Notes: a model not told the origin generated them from the sequence alone. Numbered from the stretch's first letter, positions 10,332 through 20,734 are shown. The stretch: 64,000 bases of DNA from Puniceicoccus vermicola (GCF_014230055.1 NZ_JACHVA010000046.1:91963-155962); one strand, 5' to 3'. Translations and numbers: made by a program.

Positions 10332-10457
10332 GTCTCTTTCAAAGACAGACCTCAAGCGCATTCTTCCCGGAAGCGAGCATCATGGGGGAGTGAGGGAGCG
10401 CCTTTAGACCGTCCTGCGGTTTCTGCCATGGCTTTTCAGGGTATCTGTCCATGAAGT

Positions 10458-10525
10458 GGCCATGCCCAAAGTAGTGAGAGCTTCCAGCTCTCTCTCCACG
10501 TTGGAGCGGGAGCCTCCAGAATCAG
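10458..10525. repeat. Short hairpin repeat family F (copy 2), downstream of the ankyrin gene pair, same orientation as copy 1
   Basis: catgcccaaagtagtgagagcttccagctctctctccacgttggagcgggagcctccag. Confidence 0.7.
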
Positions 10526-10738
10526 CGACCGCCGGTCGCGAAGAGCCGGTTCCATTCCGCCGCGTTTCCTCTCACTAAGAGCATTGTCTAGACCGCTTGA
10601 ACGAGTGGCATTCGCCCCCATCTGCATGTCCCTCGAACCATTCATCACCCAACCGAGGGATTCTGATTTTAAGTTGGAGTAAGATTTGGATGGAGGTTGA
10701 TTCGGGGCCGGAGTAGATACGGCTGTACATTGTGAACC

Positions 10739-12475
10739 ATGTATAAACTCAGACCCTACCAACAGGAAGCGGTTAACAAGACCGTCAAATACTTTAAGAA
10801 GCGACGAAGTCCAGCGGTGATCGTTTTGCCGACGGGTGCGGGGAAGAGTTTGGTCATCGCGGAGCTGGCAAAAATAGCAAAAGGCCGCGTCCTCGTGCTC
10901 GCCCACGTCAAAGAGCTGGTCGAGCAGAACCATTTGAAATATGAAGGCTATGGCCTGCGAGCGGGTATCTACTCGGCGGGGCTGAATCAAAAGGATAGCC
11001 AGCAGAAGGTGATCTTCGGCAGTATCCAGTCTGTCGCGAAGGCGAACGATGCCTTTTTTCGGGATTTCACCCTCCTCGTGATCGACGAATGTCATCGCGT
11101 CGGACTGGAGCCCGACAGCCAGTACGCGCAAGTCATCAAGCGGCTAAAATTGAGCAATCGGACCATTTGCATTCTGGGCCTGACTGCGACTCCGTATCGT
11201 CTGGGGTTGGGCTGGATCTATAATTACGCGCTTCGGGGAGAGGTCAAAACCCAGGAACTTCGATTCTTTAATGACTGTATCTACGATCTGCCACTGCAGT
11301 ATATGATCCGAAACCGATACCTGACGCCACCCGTCAAGGTCGATACGCCAGTGACCTCCTATGACTTCTCGGAGCTGACCGAGGGAGGGCAATCCTATAC
11401 CATGGCGCAGCTGGAAGAGGTTCTTCAAAAGCAAAGACGCCTCACGCCCCTGATCATCAAAAACATCATTGATATTACGGATAGCTATCAAAGGCAGGGT
11501 GTGATGATCTTCAGCTCCACAGTAAATCATGCCCAAGAGATTATGGAGTGTCTTCCGCCGGGACAGGCTCGATTGGTCCTGGGATCGACCGAGCTGACCG
11601 AGCGGGATCAGATCGTGAATGATTTTAAAAGGAGATCCTTTAAGTATCTAGTGAACGTCTCCGTCCTGACGACCGGTTTCGACGCCGCTCATGTCGATGT
11701 TATCGCGATCCTGCGCCCCACGGAATCCACCAGTCTATATCAACAAATCATTGGCCGCGGTTTGCGATTAGACACCGGCAAGAAAGATTGCCTGGTCCTC
11801 GATTACACAGGGATGGGACATAGCATTTTCAGTCCCGAAATCGGCGAAAAGAAAGCCGACTCCGAATCCGTCGCCGTGCAGGTTCCCTGTCCCGAGTGTG
11901 GATTTGTGAACGACTTTTGGGGGATTGTCGACGAGGAGGGCAATGTGCTTGAGCACTTCGGGCGCACCTGCCGGGGTGGGAAGACGGATCCGGAAACCTT
12001 TGAGGTTAAGCCCTGTGGCTATCGTTTTCGCTTTAAAATTTGCCCCCAGTGCTCGGCGCAAAATGATATCTCTGCCCGCGAGTGTCGAAGCTGCAGGAGT
12101 GTGCTGGTAGACCCCGACGAAAAGCTCAAACAAGCCAGGCTGTCCAAAGACGCCCATGTGCTCACACCAGATTCGGTGGAGATGCTGGAGCGTGTTGATA
12201 AAAACGGAAATCCCTACCTTCAGGTGAAATATTACGACTACGACGCCAACCATGTCGCGGAGATGCATTATCTCAACAATCCAACGAGTCGGAAGAAGTT
12301 TAATATCAACTTCTTGAGGTCACACCTACGAAAACCTGAGTTGAAGCTAAACCCGAGCTCGGTCCGCGAAGTTGTCCAAATTCAAGCACAGCTCCGCATG
12401 CCTGCATTTGTCATTGCTCGCAAGAAGGGGAAGTATTGGAAGATCACCGAAAAGATTTTCCGAGAGGAACTGTGA
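10739..12475 (+). CDS. SF2 DEAD/DEAH-box helicase (XPB/Rad25/ResIII-like) with C-terminal zinc-ribbons
   Basis: Motif I LPTGAGKS, motif II DECH, motif III LTATP, motif [11 protein letters not shown]-terminal CPECG...CRGG and CPQC...CRSC zinc-ribbon pairs. Confidence 0.85.
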   Translation: MYKLRPYQQEAVNKTVKYFKKRRSPAVIVLPTGAGKSLVIAELAKIAKGRVLVLAHVKELVEQNHLKYEGYGLRAGIYSAGLNQKDSQQKVIFGSIQSVAKANDAFFRDFTLLVIDECHRVGLEPDSQYAQVIKRLKLSNRTICILGLTATPYRLGLGWIYNYALRGEVKTQELRFFNDCIYDLPLQYMIRNRYLTPPVKVDTPVTSYDFSELTEGGQSYTMAQLEEVLQKQRRLTPLIIKNIIDITDSYQRQGVMIFSSTVNHAQEIMECLPPGQARLVLGSTELTERDQIVNDFKRRSFKYLVNVSVLTTGFDAAHVDVIAILRPTESTSLYQQIIGRGLRLDTGKKDCLVLDYTGMGHSIFSPEIGEKKADSESVAVQVPCPECGFVNDFWGIVDEEGNVLEHFGRTCRGGKTDPETFEVKPCGYRFRFKICPQCSAQNDISARECRSCRSVLVDPDEKLKQARLSKDAHVLTPDSVEMLERVDKNGNPYLQVKYYDYDANHVAEMHYLNNPTSRKKFNINFLRSHLRKPELKLNPSSVREVVQIQAQLRMPAFVIARKKGKYWKITEKIFREEL

Positions 12476-12689
12476 TTCAACCCCTGACATCTTTGGGAGT
12501 GTCCCCGCGATTTCTGGCATGACCTTTCCAGAGGATTTGGTTGCTGTTTGCCAAACCTAAAGCAATGAGAGACTTCATGCTACGCTGACGTGTTCGCAGA
12601 ACACGTCTAGCTCTCTCCTCGTCGGGGCGAATTTTCAAGATGAGGGGCAACGATTCCTTCGGGAGCTGTTCCCGGATCCGCTCCGCAGC

Positions 12690-12880
12690 AATGCCTCTCA
12701 CCGAGAGCACAGAGCCCACGGAGAAACAGGACAGTAGCATGAACGGAGAACTTGGTTCACGCTCAAATCTCTCTTCTTCTCAGGAGCGCGAGCCTTCAGG
12801 CCGCGTCCAGGTTGCCTCTCAGTAATCTCTTTGGGCTCCGTGCACTCCGTGAGAAAATATGCGTCCCAGATTGAGCTGGA
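12690..12880. repeat. Repeat family C (copy 1)
   Basis: …ctctcaccgagagcacagagcccacggagaaaca…tcaggagcgcgagccttcaggccgcgtccaggttgcctctcagtaatctctttgggctccgtgcactccgtgagaaaatatgcgtcccagattgag. Confidence 0.65.
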
Positions 12881-13235
12881 GATGAAGCCATCGTTGTGGA
12901 CGTCTTTAGGAATCTATTTTGAAACCACAAAAAGCACAGAAATCGCAGAATGGGAATCGGGACTTACGGTCTCTTTTGAGTCCTGTGTGCTTCCTGTGGT
13001 TCGTCTGTTCTGGGGGAATGATATTATCGGAGAGGTTGGTCTCCTGCGTGAGCATTGGGTTCAGAATCAAGCCTTGAGGTTGTTCCGTTCTACCAATTGG
13101 GACCGCGAAGAATTCTCGCCCCAGATAAAGCATTCCAAACATAAGCGTCCATCAGCGGTTGCCAGCTTTGCTGGCTCTTCAACATTCGACCGTATAAAAC
13201 CGAAAACGGGGAACCGGAAAACTGAAAACCGGTAA
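12831..13235 (+). CDS. Hypothetical protein (134 aa) in a repeat-rich, lower-GC patch
   Basis: ORF only; no recognisable motif. Its 3' end overlaps a family-A repeat core. Confidence 0.2.
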   Translation: MGSVHSVRKYASQIELEMKPSLWTSLGIYFETTKSTEIAEWESGLTVSFESCVLPVVRLFWGNDIIGEVGLLREHWVQNQALRLFRSTNWDREEFSPQIKHSKHKRPSAVASFAGSSTFDRIKPKTGNRKTENR

Positions 13236-13259
13236 TTTTCCGGCAAGGCAGAAAAACAA

Positions 13260-14129
13260 TTGCTCTCCAGCGCGAGCGCGGGAAATCTTGGGGGAGTGAA
13301 AAAGCCTCTCGTCTTCATCTCCTCGTCGGCGGTGTCCGTCTTTTTCATGGCCTGTCCGATCCTGTTTTCGCTGGTTTTCCTCCCATCCTCTCTGGTTGCC
13401 GAGGAGGAAGGTGTTTTGCGGGGGTTCCAAGAAGGGTTGCGGGCATCGTCGGAGGAAAAATCTTCCTCCGAATACGAGACGAATCGGGAGCCAGCGCCCG
13501 CTGACGAGGCTCTTGCTGAATTGATTTACATCTTCATGGGTAGTTTCTTTACTTCGGGGACTTATAACAGTGTGGCGCTGGTTGCCCCGGAATCCCGCTC
13601 GGACACGCTGCTCATGAGCTCACCCCGCAGTCCCGGTGAGGCGGTTCTCCCCTACATAGAGGGCGAGTTCCAGTACCAGTGGGTCGACGGCGATACCGAC
13701 GCTCTCGATTTTCGTCTCGCCGGGGGCTATGGACCGGCTGGGGCGTCCGTGCGGTGGACGCGCTATCGCGAGACTGAGCCGGACACCCGCTTGGATGTTC
13801 TCCAAGCCTATGGACACGCTCGGCTCACCTTTGGAAAATTCCTCGAAATCTCCCCGGGCCTCGGCTACGGAAATTTTGCTTTGGGTAGCGACGGCGACGA
13901 TGAGGGAGGTCTGGCGCTCACTATCCCGATTCGTGTCCATTTTGATCCCGGTATCGGGTTCGAATACCGCCCCTCTTGGGTCTTCCCCAACGAAACAACC
14001 GTAAGTGACCAGGACCTGGCCCTAGTTCTCGGCCGTCGACACGTCTTCCTCCGCCTCGGCTACCGATGGCTCTGGAACGACGTCGAAACCCTCTCGGGTC
14101 CCTACATCGGCGTTTCCGCCCGCTGGTAG
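13260..14129 (+). CDS. Hypothetical secreted protein, possibly an outer-membrane beta-barrel; the start is probably internal (MACPILFSLVFLPSSLVA)
   Basis: Internal signal-peptide-like segment. C-terminus rich in alternating aromatic/hydrophobic residues, ending ...YIGVSARW. Confidence 0.4.
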   Translation: MLSSASAGNLGGVKKPLVFISSSAVSVFFMACPILFSLVFLPSSLVAEEEGVLRGFQEGLRASSEEKSSSEYETNREPAPADEALAELIYIFMGSFFTSGTYNSVALVAPESRSDTLLMSSPRSPGEAVLPYIEGEFQYQWVDGDTDALDFRLAGGYGPAGASVRWTRYRETEPDTRLDVLQAYGHARLTFGKFLEISPGLGYGNFALGSDGDDEGGLALTIPIRVHFDPGIGFEYRPSWVFPNETTVSDQDLALVLGRRHVFLRLGYRWLWNDVETLSGPYIGVSARW

Positions 14130-14164
14130 GGACGTTGAGTGCAGGGAAGCTTGATTGATTTCCT

Positions 14165-14480
14165 GTGGTGATGAATGAAATGCATGGATGATTAAACGGA
14201 CTTCATTTGTTTCGGTCCGGAAATCAAAGAGTCCGGCGAAGCCGGAGACCGCTTATTTACGCTTATCTCCGCTAATGAGATAGCAAACAATCCCCATTTC
14301 AGGTCAAATCTCCCAACCATTCTCCCGTAAGCGGTCATGAGCGAAGATCAGCGGTTGCCAGCTTGGTTGGCTCTTCCCCCCCCGTTCGTGGTGATAAGGA
14401 TGAGTGATTGAGGGCGGAAAACTGAGAAGCCAGCGACTGTTCTCCAACAAGGACCGGCGACTTCAGTCGCCGCGCTGCCT
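14165..14480. repeat. Composite dispersed repeat, family B+A (copy 1)
   Basis: Shares …cggtccggaaa(t/c)caaagag(a/t)ccggcgaagccggagaccgcttatttacgcttatctccgct…ccataagcg…agcggttgccagcttt/ggttggctcttc…ccaacaaggaccggcgacttcagtcgccgcgct… with the other copies. Contains the hairpin CGGCGACT-TCA-GTCGCCG. Confidence 0.7.
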
Positions 14481-14519
14481 CTCAGCGGAATCTACGGATC
14501 CTCGGGGGCACTTTCGAAT

Positions 14520-14720
14520 CCGCTCCCACGCATTGCCTCTCACAAAGAGCACAAAGCGCACGGAGAAATTTTCTCGATGCCTGTTATGAGTGCTATTCGG
14601 AAAGTCTGAATCTTTCCTTCTTCAATTATCTCACTTTCAACTCTTCCGCATCCCCAGGAGCTGGATCCTTCAGGTCGCGTACGCGTTGCCTCTCCGCAGA
14701 ATCTGCCGGCTCGTTATGCT
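14520..14720. repeat. Repeat family C (copy 2)
   Basis: ctctcacaaagagcacaaagcgcacggagaaatttt…gtctgaatctttccttcttcaattatctcactttcaactcttccgcatccccaggagctggatccttcaggtcgcgtacgcgttgcctctc. Confidence 0.65.
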
Positions 14721-15051
14721 CCGAGAGAGACTTGAAATCACTCCGTCTGGAGTTTTGCGGACAGAGTCTCAGCCAGTTGGAGGCTGCAATGAAAAACGAA
14801 AATTGAGGATCGTATCCAAATTATTGAGGCATTGCCAGGGTTGGTCGAAATCTTCGAGGTGAAGGAAGTGATGATTCGATCTGCTGATGTCCTCGAGGCG
14901 GCCCGTTGCGTTTTGCAAGGGGGGGGGCGTTTTGCCCAGTGTAAGTGTTATCAGCCGGAGGATCGAGAGATCCCAGAAAGGGGAGGGTAGGTCTGGGCGT
15001 CTGCCTGGACTGATAAGAACCTCAGGTTCGCAAACTTTGGAGGGGTAGGCG

Positions 15052-16350
15052 TTGTCTTTTTCGGGTACCTTCATAGAATCCTTGAATATGGAATCAAGCA
15101 TCTACAAGTCCGAGGTCTTTGATATGGCCTGCCGCCAATTCGATATTGCTGCTGAATTGATTGAAATGGACCCGAATCTTGTGGAGCGAACCAAGTATCC
15201 GAAACGCTGTATGGCCGTTTCATGCCCCGTGAGGATGGACAATGGCGATGTCGGGTTGTTCGAAGGATACCGGGTGCAGCATCACCTTTCGATGGGACCG
15301 ACGAAAGGAGGTGTTCGCTTTCACCCGAATGTTACTCTGGGTGAGGTCGCGGCTCTTTCAATGTGGATGAGCTGGAAGTGCGCGATCACGGGCCTTCCCT
15401 ATGGAGGAGCCAAGGGAGGGGTCTGTGTTGATGCGATGCGGCTCTCCCGCAATGAATTGGAAGGTCTGTCTCGGAGGTACATGCAGGAGATGATTCCTTT
15501 CATCGGACCGAGCACAGACATCATGGCTCCCGATATGGGAACGAATGAGCAGGTAATGGCGTGGATGATGGACACCTACGCCAATCAGGTCGGGAATGCC
15601 GTTCCAGCAATTGTGACGGGTAAGCCTGTGAGTCTCGGCGGTTCTGAGGGACGTCGAGAGGCCACCGGACACGGAGTGGCTTATTTGGTCCATTCTTACT
15701 TGGAGGATCTGGGATTCTCTTTGGGGGAGTCGACTGCTGTGATCCAGGGATTTGGGAATGTCGGCTCGGAGGCCGCTGTCGCTCTCGAAAGCTTCGGCAT
15801 CAAGGTGACGGGGATCAGTGACTACTATGGAGGATTTACCAATCCGAAGGGATTGGATATCGGGGATGCTTTGAACTACTCCCGTGAACACGGCTCTCTG
15901 CAAGGTTGGAGAGGCGGAGATCCAATCAGCAACGAAGAGATCCTGACTTTGGACTGCACCGTTTTAATTCCCGCCGCTTTGGAGCGTGTGATCGATGAAA
16001 ACAACGCTCCTCACCTGAAGTGTAAGATCTTGGCGGAGGCCGCGAATGGACCAACGAATATTCTCGCGGACGAGATTCTCAAAGAAAACGATGAGATCGA
16101 AATTATCCCGGATATCTTTTGTAACAGTGGTGGGGTCATTGTTTCTTACTTCGAGTGGGTCCAGGACTTGCAGAGCCTTTATTGGACTCGAGACGAAGTC
16201 TTGAATAAAATGTATGTCATTCTCGATCGCGCGAAAAATGAAATCGAAAAGCAGAAGAAAGCGCTCAATTGCAGCCGCCGTGAAGCGGCGTTGGCGCTGG
16301 GGATTCGAAAGGTGGCCAATGCGAAAGCGGTTCGTGGCCTGTTCCCGTAA
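15052..16350 (+). CDS. gdhA: Glutamate dehydrogenase (Glu/Leu/Phe/Val dehydrogenase family)
   Basis: Catalytic GGAKGG lysine box and NAD(P)-binding GFGNVG Rossmann motif. ~430 aa, the size of small-type GDH. Confidence 0.92.
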   Translation: MSFSGTFIESLNMESSIYKSEVFDMACRQFDIAAELIEMDPNLVERTKYPKRCMAVSCPVRMDNGDVGLFEGYRVQHHLSMGPTKGGVRFHPNVTLGEVAALSMWMSWKCAITGLPYGGAKGGVCVDAMRLSRNELEGLSRRYMQEMIPFIGPSTDIMAPDMGTNEQVMAWMMDTYANQVGNAVPAIVTGKPVSLGGSEGRREATGHGVAYLVHSYLEDLGFSLGESTAVIQGFGNVGSEAAVALESFGIKVTGISDYYGGFTNPKGLDIGDALNYSREHGSLQGWRGGDPISNEEILTLDCTVLIPAALERVIDENNAPHLKCKILAEAANGPTNILADEILKENDEIEIIPDIFCNSGGVIVSYFEWVQDLQSLYWTRDEVLNKMYVILDRAKNEIEKQKKALNCSRREAALALGIRKVANAKAVRGLFP

Positions 16351-16354
16351 GGAG

Positions 16355-16480
16355 GGCGCTTCGAGGTTAACTCTTCCTTCTCCCCGGGAGCGCGAGCCTT
16401 TAGGCCGCGTCCGCGCTGCCTCTCGGGAGCCTCTGTGGCCTCTGAGCCCTCAGTGAGAGAATTTGTGAATTGGGTCGCGT
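16355..16480. repeat. Repeat family C (copy 3, 3' part)
   Basis: ccccgggagcgcgagcctttaggccgcgtccgcgctgcctctcgggagcctctgtggcctctgagccctcagtgagagaatttgtg. Confidence 0.65.
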
Positions 16481-16655
16481 CTTCTGAGGTATGGGAGTGC
16501 GAGTCGTCTTTTGCCGCCGTCGAACTCCAAAGAATTGATGCACCCGGTGCTATGTTCTTTGCCCTAAAGGGCTATAGCCTTTCTGGAGCCGTCTTGATAT
16601 ACTTTTTACGGATAAATAACCCGCTCTCAAAGTTAACTAAAATAATATCCTACAA

Positions 16656-17255
16656 GTGAATCAACTACTATCAAAAATCGCTTTTCCCGTCGTTATCGGG
16701 GCTACATCAATTGGGCTTACTGCTTGCAACACCGGAACGCCCGACATGGGAGGAACGGAGACCAGCAACGTTGTTACGTTGAATGGAGGTGCTATGGAGG
16801 TTGATACGATTACGATGAGCGCCACCATCGTTAAAATCGATTCCAAGAACCGGAAGGTAACCCTGAAATCCGATGATACCGGTGAACAAGAGACTTTCAA
16901 TGTTCCGAAATCGCTGGACTTGACCAAGCTTAGCGTTGGCGATGACGTTCAGGCTGAATTAACGGAGGCCGTTGCCGTCTTCATTGGCGATGAAGTGCCA
17001 CCGAGTTATTCAGATGATGGAGGAATCATGGTCTCCTCAGACGGAGGTTCAGGCACCATTGCCGAAACCAGCCAAATTACTGCGGTTGTTTCCGCCATTG
17101 ATACGAAGAATCGCAAAGTCACCTTTGAATTGCCCGATGGCAGCAGCAAAGAGGTCAGTGTGAGTAAAGATTTTGACCTTTCCAAGGTAACGGTTGGTGA
17201 AAGTCTAACGGTTGTTGTCGGAGAGAGCCTTGCTTTGTCCCTGACGGCTAATTGA
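16656..17255 (+). CDS. Lipoprotein with two tandem OB-fold-like (CusF/DUF-type) domains
   Basis: Lipobox LTAC. Two internal repeats (...IDSKNRKVTLKSDD...LSVGDDVQAEL.. and ..IDTKNRKVTFELPD...VTVGESLTVVV). Confidence 0.55.
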   Translation: MNQLLSKIAFPVVIGATSIGLTACNTGTPDMGGTETSNVVTLNGGAMEVDTITMSATIVKIDSKNRKVTLKSDDTGEQETFNVPKSLDLTKLSVGDDVQAELTEAVAVFIGDEVPPSYSDDGGIMVSSDGGSGTIAETSQITAVVSAIDTKNRKVTFELPDGSSKEVSVSKDFDLSKVTVGESLTVVVGESLALSLTAN

Positions 17256-17494
17256 TTTCAATTTGGTTTTCTCGGGGCTTTCCCCGATTTACTTTAACCG
17301 ACAAAGCCGGGCCGTTTCTTTTGAAATTGGCCCGGCTTTCGTTTGTCCGCATCTCTCCACTGCAACTAGATGGCATGGGAGCATCAGTGCGGGCGATCAC
17401 TCGCCCGTGCCAGCTCCTCCCTCTCGGCACGCTGCCTCGTAGTAAATTCTACGAACGCCCCTCAGGCGTGCCTTACCTTCGAGTCTACTCCTAC

Positions 17495-17700
17495 GCATAG
17501 CCTCTCACAGAGAGCACAAAGCTCACGGAGAAATTCCGCGACGAGTGGCTATCCGGAAAGTCTGAATCCTTCCTTCTTCAATCATCTCCCGTCAAACTCT
17601 TCCGAATCCCCGGGAGCGCGAGCCTTCAGGCCGCGTCCGCGCTGCCTCTCGGGACCCTCTGTGACCTCTGAGCCCTCAGTGAGAGAATGTGCGCGCCCAG
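17495..17700. repeat. Repeat family C (copy 4, full length)
   Basis: ctctcacagagagcacaaagctcacggagaaattccgcgacgagtggctatccggaaagtctgaatccttccttcttcaatcatctcccgtcaaactcttccgaatccccgggagcgcgagccttcaggccgcgtccgcgctgcctctcgggaccctctgtgacctctgagccctcagtgagagaatgtgcgcgcccagattgag. Confidence 0.7.
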
Positions 17701-17789
17701 ATTGAGTCTCCCGAGGACCTCATTTCGATGGACGCGTCACCGGTGTAGGGGAGGCTATTTCCTTGCGAGATCTTACAATCTCTAACGAG

Positions 17790-17990
17790 AAACCTATTTG
17801 ATTAGACGGACCTCATTGGTGTCGGTCCGGAAACCGAAAGAGACCGGCTTCGCTGGCTCTTCACCTCTTCCTCTGAGGAAGGATGAACGATTGAAGTCGG
17901 AAAATCGAGAACCTCAGCAACGGCTCCCCAACAAGGAACGGCGACTTCAGTCGCCGCGCTTAGGTTCTGCGGATCTTGCTGCGGCATATC
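17790..17990. repeat. Repeat family A (copy 2) with a partial B segment
   Basis: gacggacctcattggtgtcggtccggaaaccgaaagagaccgg…ggatgaacgattgaagtcggaaaatcgagaacctcagcaacggctccccaacaaggaacggcgacttcagtcgccgcgcttaggttctgcggatc. Confidence 0.7.
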
Positions 17991-18210
17991 TTTATATTGT
18001 CCGTTGTGACCCCTGCTATGGGCAAAGACGAGCAGAGTCGGAAGCTTCCTGATTTGCATGGAGGCATCAGAGATGAGTCTCCGTGCTAGATCAAGTTGTT
18101 AGAGGGAATCCCCTGTAGCGCCTGCCTTCAGGCTGCGGCCCGATCTGCCTCTCGGACGCCTTTTGGGGCTCCATAAGAGAAAATAAGGATCTGGTTTGCG
18201 CTGCCCGAGA

Positions 18211-19566
18211 TTATTGCGACCCCTCTACGAGTTGCTGCACCTCTTCGATGCTGAGGTTGGGGGAGAACCAGACTAGGACGCTTTGATCATCCTCAAGCGC
18301 ATCCTCTGCCAAATCCGGATTCAGTGGGTACAGGATGTAGGAGTTTTGCGCCGACCCAGGCAGATAGTGGAATGTCTCGAGGACCGGTTTCGCGATGCTG
18401 AGAGTTTCTAGGTTGGGGGGATATTGTTTATTCTCAGACCTATACTCTTCGAGTTCGAAAGCAATGAGCCATGCGTTGAATGCCGTAATCCTCTTTTGAA
18501 GGGAAATCTCCAAATTTCCAATGGCGGGAACGAGAATGGACGGAATTGAGATCGGATCGTCGATCTTGTATTGGTGAACCACTTTGCTCAAGAGTTCATC
18601 GGATCTCACCTGCCGAGCCATTTCCATCATTTTCATGTATTGGTCCTCGTCCGTCGAAGCGCTTTGATAGATCAAAAATTTCGCGAGCCACAATGTGATG
18701 AGGTCGGAAAGTCCCGAGGGTTCATCCAGCACACCAAGCCAGGAGAGAAGGGATTCGTCGCCATCTCGCACCTGCTGAAAAGAAATCTCACCGGTCAGCC
18801 TTTCTCCGGTCAATGCATTCGAGAGTTGGTCCTGCCAGAATTCTATATCGAGAGTCGGCATTCGCGGTATTGATGAGAATTCGGAATAAAACCAACGCGC
18901 ATCGTTCTGAGGAATTCGCAAAAGAGCCAGACCAGTGAGAAATGAGGTTATGTGAGGTTCGTCGGATGATCTTCGGGCCAGCCGCATTTGCAGATCGAAC
19001 AATTCCTTGGAGGTCCAGGGAGATTGTTCGGGATGAGTTAGTGAGTATCGTTGGGCGACCGAGAGAACTAGTCCCAAGCGCCTCATTGATCCAACTTCGG
19101 GAATGATCATACTGAAACCTTCATCCCAGTTGCGAATCGGAAACCATTCAGGCGAATAGAGAGTCGTCTGTAAGACCTTCATAGCCTCTTGAACCCATGG
19201 ATCGGTGAGAAATGGAAGAGCGGAGTTCTCCCAGTCGGGATTTCTTTCGAGATCGGAAGACTCCTCCAAGATTTGCTCTGCGAATTCTGAGGCTTCGTCG
19301 ATTGGTTTCCTGTATTCTTCGATCCATTCGGAGAGAAGAATCCAACCATTCTCGTTGTCGGGTGGCCGCTCTCCCAAGAGTTCTGCAAAATTCGTTGGAA
19401 TTCCCTCGGAGCGGAACCGTTCACGAACTGCCTCGGGGTTTTCATCGATTTCGATGTATTTGGTCCATTCCTCAGCGGTTTGTCGGGATGTGGCCGTATC
19501 TGCGTGCTGTGTGGTGCCGGAGAACACCAGAAGAGCAAGAAAGAGGGTAGGCGGTGTGAGGTTCAT
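18211..19566 (-). CDS. Hypothetical secreted protein (451 aa)
   Basis: N-terminal signal peptide (LFLALLVFSGTTQHA). No recognisable catalytic motif. Confidence 0.5.
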   Translation of the reverse strand: MNLTPPTLFLALLVFSGTTQHADTATSRQTAEEWTKYIEIDENPEAVRERFRSEGIPTNFAELLGERPPDNENGWILLSEWIEEYRKPIDEASEFAEQILEESSDLERNPDWENSALPFLTDPWVQEAMKVLQTTLYSPEWFPIRNWDEGFSMIIPEVGSMRRLGLVLSVAQRYSLTHPEQSPWTSKELFDLQMRLARRSSDEPHITSFLTGLALLRIPQNDARWFYSEFSSIPRMPTLDIEFWQDQLSNALTGERLTGEISFQQVRDGDESLLSWLGVLDEPSGLSDLITLWLAKFLIYQSASTDEDQYMKMMEMARQVRSDELLSKVVHQYKIDDPISIPSILVPAIGNLEISLQKRITAFNAWLIAFELEEYRSENKQYPPNLETLSIAKPVLETFHYLPGSAQNSYILYPLNPDLAEDALEDDQSVLVWFSPNLSIEEVQQLVEGSQ

Positions 19567-19588
19567 TATAATCTTGTTTCTCGTGCGT

Positions 19589-20230
19589 TTAGAAGAAGCT
19601 GTTGTTCCAAAGGGGGACCTGAAGGAATTCGGCCAAGAGCTTTGCCTCCTGATTCAATTCGCTAGTCCGATGATCGTCAACCAGCCCGATGCGTCGGCCA
19701 TCCTTCAGTACGAGATTGAGCTCGGTACTGGTATAGTGTTCCCGGATTTTTCCGTGTTTCCATGTTTCGGATAGTAATTGGAGACCTGCCATTTCCCTGA
19801 AGTCTACGCAGACTTTCAACCTCGCCCGAATATGTCGGTTTGTAGGCTTCCTCCAACCTTTCCAGAAACAGTCGAGATCTCGATCAAACACGACTGGACG
19901 CACACAATAAAAAAGGAGAAACCCTGCGAAGCCGCTGAATAGCGAGCTGAAAGTCAACGGGACCCATAAGCTGGCGGAGTTTTCGAGGGTCCCTGCATTT
20001 ATTCTCGGAATTGTGAAAGCGAAAATGGGGAAAAAGCCGATAACGATGGCAAAGAGTATCAATCGCAGAGCTTGTTGAGCCGGTCTGAAAGCCATCCGGT
20101 TCGAAGACACTTTTTTCAAAACGCGTGTCTGAATATTCCAACCACCCCGTTTAAGCGGTGTCCATTCGAGGCGAGTTCCGAGATCGATGGCGGAGTCGTG
20201 CTTCTTTTCTGCTTCGTTTGCCATACGTTC
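19589..20230 (-). CDS. Hypothetical membrane protein; the ORF-track N-terminal extension (to 20635) is read-through into a dispersed repeat
   Basis: Two predicted TM helices (LILFAIVIGFFPIFAFTI; LFSGFAGFLLFYCV). Residues encoded upstream of ~20230 lie inside a repeat family A copy (20375-20580). Confidence 0.4.
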   Translation of the reverse strand, partial: ERMANEAEKKHDSAIDLGTRLEWTPLKRGGWNIQTRVLKKVSSNRMAFRPAQQALRLILFAIVIGFFPIFAFTIPRINAGTLENSASLWVPLTFSSLFSGFAGFLLFYCVRPVVFDRDLDCFWKGWRKPTNRHIRARLKVCVDFREMAGLQLLSETWKHGKIREHYTSTELNLVLKDGRRIGLVDDHRTSELNQEAKLLAEFLQVPLWNNSFF

Positions 20231-20374
20231 TGTCGGTTGACTCCAATCGGAGAGGTTCTTTTTGAAAAGATTTACCTGATAAGGATGTAGTCGAACGATA
20301 TGATTGCCTCTTGGCAACCTCTGTGCACTCCGGGAGAGACCTCGCAGGACCGATTCTCCGTAGATTTCCCAACC

Positions 20375-20580
20375 CTTCTCCCATAAGCGTTTATGAGCGA
20401 ATATAAGCGGTTGCCAGCTTTGCTGGCTCTTCTCCTTTTCCTCTGGATAAGGATGAACGATTGAAGTCGGAAAACCGAGAAGCTCAGCAACGGCTCCCCA
20501 ACAAGGACCGGCGACTTCAGTCGCCGCCCGTAGGCTCTGCGGCTCTCGCCGAGGCATATCTTTAGATTGTCTGTTCGACC
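20375..20580. repeat. Repeat family A (copy 3)
   Basis: ccataagcgtttatgagcgaatataagcggttgccagctttgctggctcttctccttttcctctggataaggatgaacgattgaagtcggaaaaccgagaagctcagcaacggctccccaacaaggaccggcgacttcagtcgccgcccgtaggctctgcgg. Confidence 0.75.
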
Positions 20581-20734
20581 TCTTCCCTTTTGTCCCAACT
20601 TCGCCGCCTCGACCAACCGTCGCGTCGAGTAGCACATGGGCGAACAGGAAAGAATGGATAGGTTCTTAAGCGGATCTTAAAAACCCGCGTCGAGTGGCGA
20701 TAGATAATTCCGGGATCTCGTGCTCCGAATCCTA

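Noticed and set aside
10436-11131. 231-aa minus-strand ORF overlapping the helicase 5' end
   Set aside because: Antisense to conserved helicase motifs I-II; no features.
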